Assembly (NCBI GenBank): GCA_025449535.1
Contig: JANWJF010000001.1
Location: 4,279-68,278 of the forward strand
Direction of reading: 5' to 3'
Length of the DNA stretch: 64,000 nt
Origin: Candidatus Saccharimonadia bacterium
Lineage (GTDB): Bacteria > Patescibacteriota > SICC01
Below the pieces are notes generated by a model. The model was given only the letters and a program-made list of their open reading frames with translations, did no database searches and had not been told where the DNA came from. Positions 1 to 9,822 of the stretch are shown one piece after another. Numbering within the stretch: position 1 is the first letter of the stretch; each line of letters opens with the position of its first letter. The translations under genes and the position numbers were made by a program.

Positions 1-2
1 TG

Positions 3-1307
3 ACCGACCGCCACGAACTGGCGGCCCTGCACGGTCGGGTGGCCGTCGGCATCCTGTTGCTACAGGATATCGTGGCGATGGCCCTGCTGATGATCATCGC
101 CGCCTCCGACCGGGAATCCCTGACCGTGCTTGGCGGAGGAGCATTCCTCCTGAAGGGAGCGGCGTTCTTCATGGGAGTCTGGCTCCTGACTAAATACGTA
201 CTCCCGCGGCTGTTCTTCTACATCGCGAAGTCAACCGAATTGCTATTCCTGGCAAGCATTGCCTGGGCGTTCCTGTTCGCGATGGTCGCCGAAGCGATGG
301 GGTTCTCCAAGGAAATCGGGGCCTTCACGGCCGGACTTTCCTTGGCGACCTTGCCGTACAGCCTGGAGATCATCAGTCGAATTAGGCCGCTTAAGGACTT
401 TTTCCTGACCGTCTTCTTCGTCGTCCTGGGGCTGGCAGTGGCCCCGACCGTCATCCATGGCAATCTGGTGATCATCCTCGTGCTGACCGGGATCGTACTG
501 TTCGTGAAATCGTTTGTCATCAGTGCCACTATGGCCCGGCTGGGGTATCCGAAACGACCCGCGTATCTGACCGGAGCCGTACTGGGGCAGATGAGCGAAT
601 TCTCCCTGCTGGTGGTCCTGATTGGGGCATCCGCCGGCCAGATCCCGCAAGAGATCGTGGCGGTAACCTCCGCCGTCGTGGTGCTGACGGTAATCCTGAA
701 CACCTACTGGAACGATTTGAACCGGTTCATCTACCCGTTACTCGTCAAGCCACTGAAGTTCATCGGCGGTCAGGTCCGGGCCAAGGAGCTCCGCTATCGT
801 CCGGGACGCAAGGGGAACCACGTCCTGATGTTCGGCGCCAACCGGACCGGGTACCACATCCTGAAGACCTTCGAGAAGTATAAGGACGACGTAGTCGTAG
901 TCGACCACAACCCGGAAGTCATCCGGCGATTGCTCCATCGGGGCATCCCGAGCGTGTACGGCGACATCGACGACTATGAACTGCTGCAGGAGGTCGGGTT
1001 GCCTGAGGCCCGGATGGTGGTTTCCACGGTTCCGAACGTCTCCGCGAACCTCTACTTGATTCGGCATACCCGGGCGCATAACCCCCAGGCGTTGATTATC
1101 CTCACCGCCGAGCAAGTCAAGGACGCGCTGGCACTCTACTCGGCTGGGGCGGACTACGTGATCGTCCCGCACATCCTGGGAGGAGAGCAGGCCGCTCAGA
1201 TGCTCGAAGGCATCGAGGCGCACCTTACGGATCCGAAATCGCTTCGGAAGCGCCGGGAGGCGCATGTCGAGACCCTCAAGAAGCACCGTCATGAGATCGT
1301 GACCTGA
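3..1307 (+). CDS. CPA2-family cation:proton (Kef-type K+) antiporter with C-terminal RCK_N/TrkA-N domain, 5'-partial
   Basis: Frame open from the window start; GILLLQDI and LGQMSEFSL motifs, many TM helices, then a GANRTG Rossmann-like RCK domain. Confidence 0.88.
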   Translation, partial: TDRHELAALHGRVAVGILLLQDIVAMALLMIIAASDRESLTVLGGGAFLLKGAAFFMGVWLLTKYVLPRLFFYIAKSTELLFLASIAWAFLFAMVAEAMGFSKEIGAFTAGLSLATLPYSLEIISRIRPLKDFFLTVFFVVLGLAVAPTVIHGNLVIILVLTGIVLFVKSFVISATMARLGYPKRPAYLTGAVLGQMSEFSLLVVLIGASAGQIPQEIVAVTSAVVVLTVILNTYWNDLNRFIYPLLVKPLKFIGGQVRAKELRYRPGRKGNHVLMFGANRTGYHILKTFEKYKDDVVVVDHNPEVIRRLLHRGIPSVYGDIDDYELLQEVGLPEARMVVSTVPNVSANLYLIRHTRAHNPQALIILTAEQVKDALALYSAGADYVIVPHILGGEQAAQMLEGIEAHLTDPKSLRKRREAHVETLKKHRHEIVT

Positions 1308-1331
1308 ATACTCGTGGCCTCACCCCCGGCC

Positions 1332-1404
1332 TGTGCTACACTAAGTCTCGTCGATTAATAGCAATCGTTAACCCCACAGGCTCCCGCCGGAGCCCGACTA
1401 TCGT
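1332..1404 (+). promoter_or_regulatory. rpsA promoter (extended -10 TGcTACACT) and structured leader
   Basis: TGCTACACT then hairpins CGATT..AATCG and GGCTCC-CGCC-GGAGCC; no SD. Confidence 0.5.
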
Positions 1405-2754
1405 ATGGCTACGCAACCCACCACCAAGACCGCGACGAAGAAAGTCGCACCCAAGAAAGCTTCCGCCAAGACCGGCGAGTTTGCCAAGCTGCTCGACTCC
1501 GCCGCGCCGATCAAGCTCGCCCCGGGCGAGGTGGTCGAGGCGAACGTGGTCACTAAGAGCAAGAGCGAACTCTGGGTGGACATTAAGGGCCTGGCCACGG
1601 GCTATGTCCCATCCCGGGAGATCGGCGACCAGCGGACGCTGGCGGGGCTCGAGGTCGGCGACGTCGTGCACGGTTCGGTGGTGGCTTCGGAGAACGACGA
1701 CGGCTACGTCATCCTCTCGATCCGTCGGGCGATGCGGGATCGCAGTTGGAAGGACCTGGAGGCCCGGTTCGACGCCAAGGAGGTCTTCGATGCCACGGTC
1801 ATCGACGCCAACACCGGCGGGCTACTGTTGGAGGTGGACGGCATCCGCGGCTTCATGCCGGTCTCGCAGCTGGCTCCGGAGAACTACCCACGGGTATCCG
1901 GCGGCGACCGTGACCTGATCCTGGAGAAGCTCAAGCAGTTCATCGGCAAGCCGATCAACGTGCAGATCCTGGACATGGACAAGACCGAGAACAAGCTGAT
2001 CCTGTCCGAGAAGCTGGCCCGGACGCACGAGACCGTCGAGTCACTCTCCAAGTTCTCGGTCGGCGATGCCGTGAAGGGGAAGATCACCGGCGTGGTGGAC
2101 TTCGGGGCGTTCGTCAGCTTCGACGACGGGCTCGAGGGACTGATCCACATCTCCGAGATCGACTGGAACCGCGTGGACGACCCGCGCGAACACCTCAAGG
2201 TGGGTCAGGAGATCGATGCGAAGATCGTCGGGATCGAGGGCGCGAAGGTCTCGCTCTCCCTCAAGCAGCTCAAGGAGGACCCCTGGATGAAGGCCGCCGC
2301 CAAGTACAAGCCCGGCCAGAAGGTGACGGGCACCGTCGCCCGAGTGACCCCGTTCGGGGCATTCGTGGACCTTTCCGACGAGATCGTCGGGCTGGCGCAC
2401 GTGTCCGAGCTGTCCGAGGAGCATGTGGAGAATCCCAGCGACGTGGTGTCGGTCGGCGGCAAGCAGGAGTTCCTGGTCCTGGCGGTCGACCCGGAAGCGC
2501 ACCGCATCGCCTTATCGATCAAGGGCCTGAAGGACCCGGACGCCGCGGTGAAACGCGCCGCCAGTGCCAGTACGACCAAGCCGTCCACTGCCGCCAAGGA
2601 CCTTTCCGCGCTGCCGGAAGGCATCCTGGCCAAGCTTTCCGACGCCGGTTTCGGCGACTTGGCCAAGCTCAAGGCTGCCACGCTCGAGGAGCTCGAGGCG
2701 CTGCCGGGTATCGGCAGGGTCAGCGCGAAGAAGATCAAGGACACTACCGGCTGA
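1405..2754 (+). CDS. rpsA: 30S ribosomal protein S1 (4 S1 domains) with C-terminal helix-hairpin-helix tail
   Basis: S1 repeats (FGAFV..EGLIHISEI); C-terminal LEELEALPGIG HhH motif. Confidence 0.93.
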   Translation: MATQPTTKTATKKVAPKKASAKTGEFAKLLDSAAPIKLAPGEVVEANVVTKSKSELWVDIKGLATGYVPSREIGDQRTLAGLEVGDVVHGSVVASENDDGYVILSIRRAMRDRSWKDLEARFDAKEVFDATVIDANTGGLLLEVDGIRGFMPVSQLAPENYPRVSGGDRDLILEKLKQFIGKPINVQILDMDKTENKLILSEKLARTHETVESLSKFSVGDAVKGKITGVVDFGAFVSFDDGLEGLIHISEIDWNRVDDPREHLKVGQEIDAKIVGIEGAKVSLSLKQLKEDPWMKAAAKYKPGQKVTGTVARVTPFGAFVDLSDEIVGLAHVSELSEEHVENPSDVVSVGGKQEFLVLAVDPEAHRIALSIKGLKDPDAAVKRAASASTTKPSTAAKDLSALPEGILAKLSDAGFGDLAKLKAATLEELEALPGIGRVSAKKIKDTTG

Positions 2755-2829
2755 ACTAAAGTCTCTTAACCGAGCCGGTTCCGCAGGGACGGGTGGTTTA
2801 CCCGTGCCCGGGACGATATCCTGTAAGGT

Positions 2830-4608
2830 ATGGCTCAAACCCCACAGCCTGAGGCTTCCAGTAGCGTCGTGAAACTTCCGGGCGTACTTTCCGTGAAGGA
2901 GCTGGCCGTCGCCCTCGACCGTCCCGTGCCGGCCGTGATCGGCGAGCTCATGAAGAACGGGGTGATGGCGACGATCAACGAGGATATCGACTACGAGACC
3001 GCATCGATCATCGCCAGCGACCTCGGCATCGAGACGGAACGACTCGAGGAACCGGAAGCCGACGATCCCGCGGCCCGCAAGCCCACCGAGGGCAAGCCCC
3101 GTCCGCCGATCGTGACGGTGCTCGGCCACGTCGACCATGGCAAGACATCGCTCCTGGACGCGATCCGACAGACCGACGTGGCGGCCGGCGAGTCCGGCGG
3201 CATTACCCAGCACATTGGCGCCTACCAGGTCGAGGCGGCCGGCAAGGACGGGAAGCCGCGCAAGATCACTTTCCTAGACACGCCCGGACACGAGGCGTTC
3301 ACCGCGATGCGGGCGCACGGTACCAAGATGACGGACGTGGCCATCCTGGTGGTGGCGGCCGACGACGGCGTGAAGCCGCAGACCAAGGAGGCGGTCGAGC
3401 ACATCAAGGCCGCGGAGGTGCCGTTCGTGGTGGCGGTCACTAAGATGGACGCGCCGGGAGCCGACGTGAACAAGGCCAAGCAGGGTCTGAACGAACTGGG
3501 CGTGGTCGCCGAGGACTGGGGCGGGGACGCCGTCTTCGTCGAGACTTCCAGCAAGACCAAGCAAGGCATCCCGGAACTCCTGGAGATGGTCCTGCTGGTC
3601 TCGGACATCGCCAAGCCCGTCGGCGATCCGAACGGTGATCTGTCCGGGGTCGTGATCGAATCCCGGGTCTCACGGGCCAAGGGCGCGGTAGCCACCGTCC
3701 TGGTCCAGAACGGCACGATGCGGGTGGGGGACTACCTCGTACTCGAGGATGTGACCGCCCGGGTACGGTTAATGGAAGACTGGCATGGCAAACGGCTCAC
3801 CGAGGCCGGCCCTAGTACGCCGGCCCAGATCGCCGGCTTGTCCGCGGCCCCGAGCTTCGGCGCCGCGGTGACGGGAGCCGCCAGCGAGCAGGAAGCGAAG
3901 AAGCAGGCCGAGCAGAACAAGCGCCGCCGCCACGCTCGGCGAGTGGAGAAGCCGACCCTCACCGCCGAGGCGATCAAGCGGGCGGTGGACGCCGGCAAGG
4001 TCAAACAACTCCCTTTGGTCCTGGTGGCGGACGTGAAAGGTTCGCTCGAGGCGATCGAGGGCAGCTTGGCCAAGCTGCCGCAGGACGAGGTAGCGATCCG
4101 GATGGTCGATGCCGGTATCGGTTCGATCAGCGAATCGACCATCCGACAGGCCGAAAGTTCCGGGGCGATGGTGGTCAGCTTCAAGGCGCGGGTCGAGCCC
4201 GCCGCGAAGAAGCTGGCCCAGCAGATCGGGGTCCAGATCTCGACGTACGAGGTCATCTACGAACTGCTTGACGACCTCAAGGCGGCGTTGGAATCGCTCT
4301 TGCCGCCGGAGATCGTGGTCAACGAAGTCGGCACCGGCAAGGTCCTGGCGATCTTCCGCACCACCAAGACGAGCCAGATCATCGGCTGCAAGGTGGAGGA
4401 CGGGAAGTTCCTGTCGGACGTGGAGTACCGGATCGGAAAGGCGGAACAGACGGGCAAGGTGAAGACCCTGCGGCGGGTGGACGAGGAAGTCCAGGAAGTC
4501 GGCACCGGCACCGAGTGTGGCTTGACGATCGAGGGACCGCCGGCTGCGGAAGGCGACATGGTCACCTTGATCCGGAGGATCGAGAAGAAGCGCACGTTGG
4601 GAGGTTGA
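2830..4608 (+). CDS. infB: Translation initiation factor IF-2 (short form)
   Basis: [26 protein letters not shown]. Confidence 0.97.
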   Translation: MAQTPQPEASSSVVKLPGVLSVKELAVALDRPVPAVIGELMKNGVMATINEDIDYETASIIASDLGIETERLEEPEADDPAARKPTEGKPRPPIVTVLGHVDHGKTSLLDAIRQTDVAAGESGGITQHIGAYQVEAAGKDGKPRKITFLDTPGHEAFTAMRAHGTKMTDVAILVVAADDGVKPQTKEAVEHIKAAEVPFVVAVTKMDAPGADVNKAKQGLNELGVVAEDWGGDAVFVETSSKTKQGIPELLEMVLLVSDIAKPVGDPNGDLSGVVIESRVSRAKGAVATVLVQNGTMRVGDYLVLEDVTARVRLMEDWHGKRLTEAGPSTPAQIAGLSAAPSFGAAVTGAASEQEAKKQAEQNKRRRHARRVEKPTLTAEAIKRAVDAGKVKQLPLVLVADVKGSLEAIEGSLAKLPQDEVAIRMVDAGIGSISESTIRQAESSGAMVVSFKARVEPAAKKLAQQIGVQISTYEVIYELLDDLKAALESLLPPEIVVNEVGTGKVLAIFRTTKTSQIIGCKVEDGKFLSDVEYRIGKAEQTGKVKTLRRVDEEVQEVGTGTECGLTIEGPPAAEGDMVTLIRRIEKKRTLGG

Positions 4609-4925
4609 TGAGTCTGCGGACGGACAAGGTGAACTCCCTGGTCGCGGCCGAGTTGAACGTCGCGCTGACCAAGGAGCTGGGCGGCCGGGATGAGTTCGCG
4701 ACGGTCCTTTCCGTCGAGACCAGTCCGGACCTGCGCAACGCGACTTGCTGGATCAGTACCATCCCCGACTCGGAGGTGGCCTGGGAAGCGGTGGAGGCCG
4801 TCCGTCCGGAGTTGCAGCGCCACCTTTCCGGCCGTCTGGAGCTCAAGCGTACGCCAGTGATCACGCTGCGCCGCGATCGCAGCGGGGCGTATGCCGGCAA
4901 GATCTCGGAGATCCTGAAGTCATGA
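4608..4925 (+). CDS. rbfA: Ribosome-binding factor A
   Basis: ATG overlaps the infB stop; VETSPDLRNA, LKRTP motifs; conserved synteny. Confidence 0.9.
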   Translation: MSLRTDKVNSLVAAELNVALTKELGGRDEFATVLSVETSPDLRNATCWISTIPDSEVAWEAVEAVRPELQRHLSGRLELKRTPVITLRRDRSGAYAGKISEILKS

Positions 4926-5896
4926 TCCCATCGCCGCGGCTTAAGGGGGCAATCAGCACCCTTGAGCGGGCGAAACGCCCGATATTGGTGACGCATCAAC
5001 GGCCGGACGGCGATGCCGTCGGTTCGGCCTTGGGGTTGGGCTTGCTACTCGAGATGCTCGGCGCGAAGGTCCAACTGGCCTGCGCGGACCCGGTTCCCGA
5101 ACGGTATCGGTACTTGCAAGGAAGTGACCGGTTCACGACGGAACCCGACTTCCGGGACGCCGATCTTCTGGTGATGCTCGACTGTCCGAAGGATGAGATG
5201 AGTGCCCTGGACATCGGGCAGGTACTCAAACGGATGCCCGTGGTCGACATCGACCATCATCCGAAGGCCGCGCCGCCGCGGGACCGCCGGCTCGCGATGT
5301 ACGACGCCTCCGACGTGGCGTCGACGGCGGAGATCGTGGTCATATTGGCCCGGGAAGCCGGTTGGCGGATAGGGCGTCCGGCCGCCACCGCGCTACTGAC
5401 GGGTATCGTGACCGACACCTCGGCGTTCATCAACTCGACTACTACCGCGGACACGTACCGTGCTGCCAGCGTACTGCTGCGCCAGGGCGCGGACCTCAAG
5501 GCGATCATCCAGCACTGCTTTTACCACAGCTCGGTGCCGAAACTGCGCCTCTGGGGGCGGGCGATGTCCCGGATCGAACGGGTCCAAGCGTCCGGCGTGG
5601 TCTCGACCGTACTGACCGCGGAGGATCTCGAGGAATGCGGCGCGGAGCGCGAGGACATCGAGGGTCTGGTGAACTTCCTGAACACGATTCCCGGCGTCCC
5701 GGCGCTGATGCTACTGACCGACCTCGGCACCGGGGAAATCAAGGGAAGCTTCCGGACCCGGAACGAATCCATAGACGTGAACAAACTCGCGAACGTGTTA
5801 GGTGGAGGTGGGCACAGGCAGGCGGCGGGGTTCACCGTGCCGGGCCGTCTGACAAAGAATGCCAACGAGACCTGGTCGGTACTGCCGCCGGCTTAA
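4922..5896 (+). CDS. nrnA: DHH/DHHA1 phosphoesterase (NrnA-like nanoRNase/pAp phosphatase)
   Basis: HQRPDGDAVGS, IDHH, TDT, GGGGHRQAAG; follows rbfA. Confidence 0.88.
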   Translation: MIPSPRLKGAISTLERAKRPILVTHQRPDGDAVGSALGLGLLLEMLGAKVQLACADPVPERYRYLQGSDRFTTEPDFRDADLLVMLDCPKDEMSALDIGQVLKRMPVVDIDHHPKAAPPRDRRLAMYDASDVASTAEIVVILAREAGWRIGRPAATALLTGIVTDTSAFINSTTTADTYRAASVLLRQGADLKAIIQHCFYHSSVPKLRLWGRAMSRIERVQASGVVSTVLTAEDLEECGAEREDIEGLVNFLNTIPGVPALMLLTDLGTGEIKGSFRTRNESIDVNKLANVLGGGGHRQAAGFTVPGRLTKNANETWSVLPPA

Positions 5897-6789
5897 GTAA
5901 ACCGTCCGGACACTCGACGTCCGCGGAACCAGTCGTCGCCGGGCATGGTCGGCTTACCGGCCGGCTTCAGGCGCTTGATACGCAGGGAGTCGCTGCCGGT
6001 CGTCGCACGAAGGGGCGGACCGTCGAACGTACCGGGGGGACCGTCCGGACCGGATCCGTCCGCGACCTCGAGTATCTCCATGCGCTTTCCGTCGACCTCG
6101 GTCCAGGCCCCCGGCCACGGCTGCATCGCGCGGATGAACCGTCCGAGATAAGCCGCGTCACGGTTCCAGTCGATACGACCGTCCGCTTTGGTGAGCGTGC
6201 CCGTCATCGTCGCGGCATCCTCGTCCTGCGGTCGTGGCTTGCTCAAGCCTGCGACGTAATCCGGCAGCACCTCGGCGAGAAGCCCGGCGCCTCGTTCGGC
6301 GACCTTTTCCGTCAGCGTGGCGGCAGTGTCCGTCTGTCCTATCGGCACTTCCACCTGGGCGACGACCGCCCCGGCATCCACCCGGTCGGAGACTTCCATG
6401 ATCGTCGCGCCGGTATCACCTGCGTCGTCGAGAATCGCCTGCTGGATCGGACTGGCCCCGCGGTAGCGCGGCAGGAGCGAGGAATGCACGTTGAGCCAAC
6501 GACCGTCCGCTAGTGCCAGCGCTGTCCGCGGGATGATGTGCCCGTAGGCGGCGACCACGCAGACATCCGGCTCGGCCTGCTTGACCAGGCCCGTGATCTC
6601 GTCCGGAGTGTCTGGGGTGACCGTCTTCCAGCCCTTCTGTTCTGCATACTCGGCGACCGGCAGTGACGTATCCCGGGAGTTTTGCGGCGGTTCCGTCTGA
6701 GTAACGACCAGTACGATCTCAGCGACCTCGCCGAGCCGTTTGAGCGTCGCCAGTCCGAGCGGGGGATTGCCCAGGAAGATCGCCCGCAT
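5893..6789 (-). CDS. fmt: Methionyl-tRNA formyltransferase
   Basis: VAAYG, NVHSSLLPRYRGASPIQ; start MRAIFLG overlaps the def stop. Confidence 0.95.
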   Translation of the reverse strand: MRAIFLGNPPLGLATLKRLGEVAEIVLVVTQTEPPQNSRDTSLPVAEYAEQKGWKTVTPDTPDEITGLVKQAEPDVCVVAAYGHIIPRTALALADGRWLNVHSSLLPRYRGASPIQQAILDDAGDTGATIMEVSDRVDAGAVVAQVEVPIGQTDTAATLTEKVAERGAGLLAEVLPDYVAGLSKPRPQDEDAATMTGTLTKADGRIDWNRDAAYLGRFIRAMQPWPGAWTEVDGKRMEILEVADGSGPDGPPGTFDGPPLRATTGSDSLRIKRLKPAGKPTMPGDDWFRGRRVSGRFT

Positions 6790-7310
6790 CACATCTCCTC
6801 GTCGTGCAACTTCTTTTTCTCGAACCGACTGTCCCATTCCTCTTCGGTTAGCGTGCGGACCTTGGAAACGTCCGCCATTCGGTCTGGAAAGAGGATCCCG
6901 TCGAGGTGGTCGATCTCGTGCTGAAGGACCCGGCCGTATAGTTGGTCGGCCGTGACCTCGAAACGCTTGCCGTCGAGGCCGGTCGCCCGGACCGTGACCT
7001 CCTTGGGCCGTTCGACCTCTCCGTTCAACCGGGGCAGGCTCAGGCAGCCTTCTTCCCACCAAATCAGTTCCTTGGACGCACGGATTATCTCCGGGTTGAT
7101 GAATACCCGCTGCTCGCCGGTGCCAGTCACAAACAAACGGACGCTCCGGCCGACCTGGGGTGCGGCCAGGCCGACCCCACCCTCGGCCTTCATGGTGACC
7201 AGCAGGTCCTCCGCCAGGTCCCGTACCTGGGCCGGATCGGCGACCTTGGCGGCGGCCTTGCGCAGCGTAGGATGGTCGGCGGAGATCAATGGCAAACGGT
7301 TTCCTTGCAT
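6789..7310 (-). CDS. def: Peptide deformylase
   Basis: GVGLAAPQ, EGCLS, QHEIDHLDG. Confidence 0.97.
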   Translation of the reverse strand: MQGNRLPLISADHPTLRKAAAKVADPAQVRDLAEDLLVTMKAEGGVGLAAPQVGRSVRLFVTGTGEQRVFINPEIIRASKELIWWEEGCLSLPRLNGEVERPKEVTVRATGLDGKRFEVTADQLYGRVLQHEIDHLDGILFPDRMADVSKVRTLTEEEWDSRFEKKKLHDEEM

Positions 7311-7325
7311 ACGGTCCCAGTGTAC

Positions 7326-8702
7326 TCAGTACTCGACGCTGATGCGCCGTTCGGGGGCGACCAGGGTACGCAGTGCCCTCGGGTCTCCCTTGATCAAGAC
7401 GGTGAGTACGTCGCCGTCCTCTGCAAAGCGAACGGCGCGCCCGCCAATGCAGGCTCCGTCGAGGACCCGTTCGACCCGAGGGCGGTCCTTGCAGGTCGTG
7501 ACGACCCGGACCAAGGGGTTAGCCGGAGGCAGTCCCAACACCTCGCGGTCACGGAACTCCTCTCGCAGGAATGTCTCGTATGATTTCCCGAGCGCGTCGA
7601 ACGCCGGATGGTCCCCGTACTTCGAGTAGACCAGGAACGTCCCGCCCGGCCTGGCGACCTCCCCGAGCTTCCGGAGCAACGCCACGGCCCGCTCCGTGAC
7701 GGCGTATCCCGGCCGGGCCAGTATTGCGTCGATACCAAGGGTAATCACGTGGTCGTAGCGTTTTTCAGCCAAAACGCTGGCCTGCCCGCCGACCGTAGCG
7801 GATGTACTGGAGTGCTTTAGGGTGTCCTTGACGGCCGCGACCTTGGCTTGGGTCGTGTGCACCAGCGTCGTACCGTCCAGGCCCTCCAGCTTCTCCAAGA
7901 AGCCGTATGGCACGGGATCCTCGAGCCGTTCGTAGCGGGGCGTGACGACGGTCGGTGTCGGTATCCCCGGCAGCGCAATGTCCGGTCGTCCGGCCAAATC
8001 CCAGGCGCGCAGACTGGGGGCGGGCGAGGCGAGCGTCAGTTTCGCGCCGAGCGATTCCGCCAGGAGCCGGGCGGCCTCGCGCGCATGGAAACGCGGGGTC
8101 CGGTCGTTCTGGTGCCCTAGCTCATCCTCATGCAGGACGATGATCCGCTCGAGCCGCTTCCAGGGCAGGAATAATGCGGATCGGGTACCAAAGACCGGCC
8201 CCACGGAGCCGTTCCGGACCTCTTGCCAGGTTTCGCGGCGTTTCGGGATCGGCATTGTCGCCGAGAAACAAAGGCCCGTTCCGGCGAACCGGCGCAGCAT
8301 GACCCGCTCGGGAACCAGCGTCAGCATGCGCGGTCGCCCCAGGTCCTCATCCGAAACCTCGGTACGGGCCTCGATGTCCGGACGGTGGTCGCTCCGGTTG
8401 TCGTCCGGAAGGTCGCCGCGCCACTTGGGCAGTAACAGCGCGAACGTCTGGCCGAGCGGGCTCAGGTACGCCTCGGCCAATGCGCGTCCGAAGCCGAGCT
8501 GCCAGTCGGGCAGCCGATCGCCGGTCCCTTCGGCTTCTTTGGCACGGGAATCAACCTCGGCGGGGCCAATCACGACGCCCTCACTCCGTCTGCCAGCGTA
8601 CGGAATCGACACGATCGACCCCGCGGCGAGTTCCGCATCGGTCCGATAAGTGTACGTATCCTGGCGCGATACGGCCAGCGGTGCCACGGCGATATGACGC
8701 AT
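7326..8702 (-). CDS. priA: Degenerate/shortened primosomal protein N' (PriA-like)
   Basis: N-terminal TYTY..GSIVSIPY, GTRSALFLP, PRFHARE, C-terminal R..LGLPP; priA-def-fmt synteny; no Walker A or Cys-rich region visible. Confidence 0.8.
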   Translation of the reverse strand: MRHIAVAPLAVSRQDTYTYRTDAELAAGSIVSIPYAGRRSEGVVIGPAEVDSRAKEAEGTGDRLPDWQLGFGRALAEAYLSPLGQTFALLLPKWRGDLPDDNRSDHRPDIEARTEVSDEDLGRPRMLTLVPERVMLRRFAGTGLCFSATMPIPKRRETWQEVRNGSVGPVFGTRSALFLPWKRLERIIVLHEDELGHQNDRTPRFHAREAARLLAESLGAKLTLASPAPSLRAWDLAGRPDIALPGIPTPTVVTPRYERLEDPVPYGFLEKLEGLDGTTLVHTTQAKVAAVKDTLKHSSTSATVGGQASVLAEKRYDHVITLGIDAILARPGYAVTERAVALLRKLGEVARPGGTFLVYSKYGDHPAFDALGKSYETFLREEFRDREVLGLPPANPLVRVVTTCKDRPRVERVLDGACIGGRAVRFAEDGDVLTVLIKGDPRALRTLVAPERRISVEY

Positions 8703-8763
8703 ACTTTCCAGCTTATAGGTATAGGCCCCCGCCAGCAGCCGGCAGTTATGGAATAATGGTCCG

Positions 8764-9822
8764 GTGAGCGTCCATGCGATCATCTTGTGCGGCGGTTCCG
8801 GGTCCCGGCTTTGGCCGCGCTCCCGGAGTAAGCATCCCAAGCACCTGCTCGAGCTGAACGGCGGCGTAACCCTTGTCCAGCAGACGGTAAAGCGCCTGCG
8901 CCTGCCTGCGGAACGGGTTTACTGCGTCACCGAGGCCTCGCACGACGCGCTGCTCCGGAAGCAGCTGCCGGACGTCCCCAAGGAGAACATCGTCGTCGAG
9001 CCGGACCGCAAGGGTACGGCCGGAGCGATCGCGCTCGGGTTGTCCCGCCTGTCCGGCAGCCTGGCTGATGACGATGTCGTGCTCTCGCTGCACTCCGACC
9101 ATCTGATCCAGAACGAAGCGGAGTTCCGGCGGACCGTGAAGGCCTGGACCAAGGCCGCGGAAACCCATCCGCGGATCGTCGCGCTCGGCATCAAGCCGAC
9201 GTACCCGTCCACCGGCTTCGGGTACATCGAGAGCGGCAAGAAGCTGGGCAGTGCCGAGGGCTTCCCTGTCTCGGAGATCGCGCAGTTCGTAGAAAAACCC
9301 AACGAAGCGACGGCCCAACGATACCTCGACAGCGGGAAGTACGTCTGGAACGCGGGGATGTTCGCCGCCCGGTTCGGCGTGTTCCGCGAGGAATACGAAC
9401 GGTATCTGCCCGAACATGCCTCCTTCGTCGAGCGAGCCGGAGGCCAATCTGCCAAGAAGCGGAACGCCTCGTACATGGCGCTGCAGGATGAGACCATCGA
9501 CTACGGTATCCTAGAGAAGTCCGAACGGTTGGCGGTCGTGCCGGCTTCGTTCGACTGGGCGGACGTCGGGTCCTGGGCGGATCTCCACGACGTGCTTGAG
9601 CATGACGCCAACGATAACGTCTTCGAAGGCGAGTACGTGGATATCGATACCAAGAACTGCTTCGTCTACTCACCGGACCAGCTCGTGGCGACGATTGGGC
9701 TCCAGGACCTTGTTATCATCAATACGAAGGACGCCGTGTTGATCTGTCCGAAGGACCGGGCCCAGGACGTCAAGAAGGTCGTGGAGAAGCTCAAGCAAAG
9801 CGGCCGCAAGAAATTCATCTGA
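8764..9822 (+). CDS. manC: Mannose-1-phosphate guanylyltransferase
   Basis: ILCGGSGSRLWPRSR..PK, TGFGYIE, FVEKP, WNAGMF, WADVGSW. Confidence 0.93.
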   Translation: MSVHAIILCGGSGSRLWPRSRSKHPKHLLELNGGVTLVQQTVKRLRLPAERVYCVTEASHDALLRKQLPDVPKENIVVEPDRKGTAGAIALGLSRLSGSLADDDVVLSLHSDHLIQNEAEFRRTVKAWTKAAETHPRIVALGIKPTYPSTGFGYIESGKKLGSAEGFPVSEIAQFVEKPNEATAQRYLDSGKYVWNAGMFAARFGVFREEYERYLPEHASFVERAGGQSAKKRNASYMALQDETIDYGILEKSERLAVVPASFDWADVGSWADLHDVLEHDANDNVFEGEYVDIDTKNCFVYSPDQLVATIGLQDLVIINTKDAVLICPKDRAQDVKKVVEKLKQSGRKKFI

